From Eubacteriales bacterium (lineage in GTDB: Bacteria; Bacillota; Clostridia; Peptostreptococcales; T1SED10-28): a stretch of 49,339 nt of DNA. The notes beneath the pieces are model-generated. The model made no database searches and had not been told where the DNA came from. It saw nothing but the letters and a program-made list of their open reading frames with translations. Location: the NCBI GenBank assembly GCA_041642335.1, contig JBEPWR010000001.1:1-49339 (forward strand). The letters run 5' to 3'. Positions 47,164 through 49,339 of the stretch are shown here, in pieces (within the stretch, counting starts at the first letter, position 1; every line of letters starts with the position of its first letter). The translations under genes were made by a program, and so were the position numbers.

Positions 47164-48594
47164 TTAAGGGTTTTTTTGTAATTCCTTATATAGATATCTT
47201 CCGATCAGTACGACCCCGCTAAGGATCATGATCATACTGATCCATGCAAATAGGTTCTGGTGGTTTTTCCACAAGAGAAAAAAACCGATCCTCTCCCGGG
47301 ATTCCTCCTCTTCGCCGGCCACTTCCATCTCCTCTTCCAACTCTTCCTTATCAGCATCTTTCGATCCAATAATCTCTTCAATTACTATGCTCTGCTGTAA
47401 ATCCGGAGGCATCTTCAGTTCCTCGATGGGGTTTTCCGCAAAGGCATATCTTCCCAGGACTTCCAGGGTATCAGGCAACGCTACTATTTCCAGCTGATTA
47501 TTTCGAAAGGCATTTTCCGAAATACTGCGAAGCCCTGTAGAAAACTCCACTCTTTCGATCTGATTATCTCTAAAGGCTCCCCGTCGGATCTCTTCTAAGC
47601 TTTCCGGAAGACGAAGGGCTGTTATTTGATTTTCATGAAAGGCGGATCTTCCAATGCTTCGAAGCGTTTCCGGTAGTTCCACGGTCTGCAATCGATTCTG
47701 ATAGAATGCGAAGTCTTCGATTCCTTCAATTCCCATCGGAAGACTGAGGCGCTGCAGATGATTTCCTTGAAAGGCTGAGGCCTCGATGAATCGTAGGCCT
47801 AAGGGAAAAACAATTTCCTCAATATTGTTATCTTGAAACGCTTTTTCAGAAATTCTCTCCAATCCGCCGGCAAATGTCACTCGGTGTATTTCATTGTGTG
47901 CCAGCGCTTCCTCCCCTAAAAAGGACAGGTTCTGAGGCAGGGAAATTTCTTCAATGCGATTGTTTTGAAAAGCCCCTGCTCCGATGTGCTCTACCGATTC
48001 AGAAAAGACTACCTTTCCTAACCGGTTGCCTTCAAAAGCGAAATTTCCGATTTCTATTAGGCCCTGGGGAAGGATCAGGGCTCTTATGCTGTTTCCTTGA
48101 AATACTCCGGTACCGAGTTTCTCCAACCCCTGGCTGAAATGCACTTCTTCGATCTTGTTATACAAAAAAGCCCATGTGTCGATTTTCCTTAATGACGGCG
48201 GGATGTGTAGTTTTCTTATCTGATTATGTCCGAAGGCTCGTTGGTCGATAACTTTTAAGGTATCGGGCAGCTCTACGGCTTCAATCTTGTTATAAGCGAA
48301 GGCGTACTCCTCTATATGGATTAAACGGGCCGGCAGCACCACCTGTGTTAGTCCCTGATTTCGAAAAGCCTGGGCGGCAATGGCGGTAACGTCGTATCCC
48401 TCAAGGGTGGTGGGTATTTCCATCGTATCGCTTTGATCCCCTTCATAACCAAGGATTCTCACGGTGTCATCCTCTAGTAATTTATAGCGAAATTGATTTT
48501 CCCGATTCTCTGCAGAGGCGGTTTCGAAACTTCCCATAAAAAGCGTGAAACTTCCTAAAAATAGGATGCTGATGATCAATACTTTGCTTTTCAT
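47164..48594 (-). CDS. BspA-type leucine-rich-repeat (LRR_5) surface protein
   Basis: Signal peptide, about 15 repeats of 22 aa (LxxIxxxAFxxNxIxxVxLP), acidic linker, C-terminal TM; RBS AGGAGG before ATG 48594. Confidence 0.92.
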   Translation of the reverse strand: MKSKVLIISILFLGSFTLFMGSFETASAENRENQFRYKLLEDDTVRILGYEGDQSDTMEIPTTLEGYDVTAIAAQAFRNQGLTQVVLPARLIHIEEYAFAYNKIEAVELPDTLKVIDQRAFGHNQIRKLHIPPSLRKIDTWAFLYNKIEEVHFSQGLEKLGTGVFQGNSIRALILPQGLIEIGNFAFEGNRLGKVVFSESVEHIGAGAFQNNRIEEISLPQNLSFLGEEALAHNEIHRVTFAGGLERISEKAFQDNNIEEIVFPLGLRFIEASAFQGNHLQRLSLPMGIEGIEDFAFYQNRLQTVELPETLRSIGRSAFHENQITALRLPESLEEIRRGAFRDNQIERVEFSTGLRSISENAFRNNQLEIVALPDTLEVLGRYAFAENPIEELKMPPDLQQSIVIEEIIGSKDADKEELEEEMEVAGEEEESRERIGFFLLWKNHQNLFAWISMIMILSGVVLIGRYLYKELQKNP

Positions 48595-48808
48595 GGACCA
48601 CACCTCCTTTTTCGATTTGAGTATACCAGTATTTTATCATATTTCCCCGGTTGTGATAAGACATTCTCTTTGTTCAACTTTTTTGCTTGAATGTTTGAAT
48701 TGTTAAACTTTTTGTAGGGTCCCTCAAGTTTTTTAAAAATATGATATACTAATGGTAATTGGGAATAACAAATTTCTCAAACTTAAAATACTTTATGGAG
48801 GGATTTAG

Positions 48809-49339
48809 ATGAGCAAAAAAGTTGATATTGATTGGAGCAAGCTGGGTTTTAGCTACATGAAAACCGACTACCGCTATATTTCCAGATGGAAGGACGGACA
48901 GTGGGATGACGGAGAATTGGTGGAAGATAACAACCTCAGTATTAGCGAAGCCTCAACAGCGCTTCACTACGGTCAACAATGTTTTGAAGGAATGAAGGCT
49001 TATCGACGAAAAGACGGAAAAATTCAGCTCTTTAGACCGGACCAAAACGCAAAAAGAATCAATCGAAGCTGCGAACGGGTTTTAATGCCCGGGATCTCTG
49101 AAGAGAAGTTTATTGATGCCGTAAAACAGGTGGTAAAGGCAAACGAACATTTTGTGCCTCCCTATGGAAGCGGCGCAACCCTATACCTACGACCCTTTGT
49201 AATCGGTGTAGGCCATAACCTGGGCGTTCGACCTGCGCCGGAATATATTTTCTCGGTTTTCGCAGTACCGGTAGGTCCCTACTTCAAAGGCGGACTAAAG
49301 CCCGTAAACTTTATGACTTCCCCTTATGACCGGGCAGCA
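48809..49339 (+). CDS. ilvE: Branched-chain amino acid aminotransferase, 3'-truncated by the window
   Basis: Not in the ORF track. MSKKVDIDWSKLGFSY...LHYGQQCFEGMKAY..LFRPDQN..LYLRPF..PVGPYFKGG. Confidence 0.95.
   Translation, partial: MSKKVDIDWSKLGFSYMKTDYRYISRWKDGQWDDGELVEDNNLSISEASTALHYGQQCFEGMKAYRRKDGKIQLFRPDQNAKRINRSCERVLMPGISEEKFIDAVKQVVKANEHFVPPYGSGATLYLRPFVIGVGHNLGVRPAPEYIFSVFAVPVGPYFKGGLKPVNFMTSPYDRAA

Noticed and set aside
107-48664. Many short ORFs in the track that overlap real genes (e.g. 107-343, 2552-3043, 9021-9419, 21458-21934, 37990-38334)
   Set aside because: They are antisense or alternate-frame shadows of well-supported genes with no recognisable motifs.
1-49339. CRISPR arrays, tRNA/rRNA, IS elements, prophage or defence systems
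   Set aside because: No spaced repeats, transposase, integrase or phage genes seen; the only HK97-fold gene is the encapsulin.

Overview
Core-chromosome segment of an anaerobic Firmicute, probably an alkaliphilic or halotolerant Clostridia member (inferred from gene content and the very acidic exported proteins). I saw no mobile elements, rRNA, tRNA or CRISPR arrays. In order it carries DUF1934/ddl/ispE, an arcA-argF-arcC arginine deiminase operon without arcD, veg, and a HesB/IscA-like gene missed by the ORF track that has an in-frame UGA and a SECIS-like hairpin (probable selenoprotein). Next come nhaC, a membrane-anchored protein with six FMN-binding (flavinylation) domains, two hydrolases, an AI-2E transporter, a GCS2 ligase plus ATP-grasp ligase pair, a dCache chemoreceptor, a DnaA-box cluster, MATE, dUTPase, a TPP riboswitch with thiT, superoxide reductase, cls and a patatin. 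A GlnK/GlnL-like two-component system, whose kinase is split by an in-frame TAG, precedes a TAXI-TRAP transporter and a D-glutamate-cyclase-like gene. The rest holds nifJ, an orphan kinase, an HI0933 flavoprotein, cinA, ArsR, a sigma54-driven cysteine-desulfidase-like gene with its enhancer-binding protein, a family 1 encapsulin with ferritin-like cargo, a hypothetical plus hemerythrin pair behind a Crp/Fnr box, a BspA-type LRR protein and the start of ilvE. The strongest candidates for under-described systems are the hexa-flavinylated surface protein, the TCS-TAXI-D-glutamate cyclase module, the GCS2/ATP-grasp pair and the encapsulin/hemerythrin/desulfidase neighbourhood. All family calls come from motif recognition only; no database searches were run.
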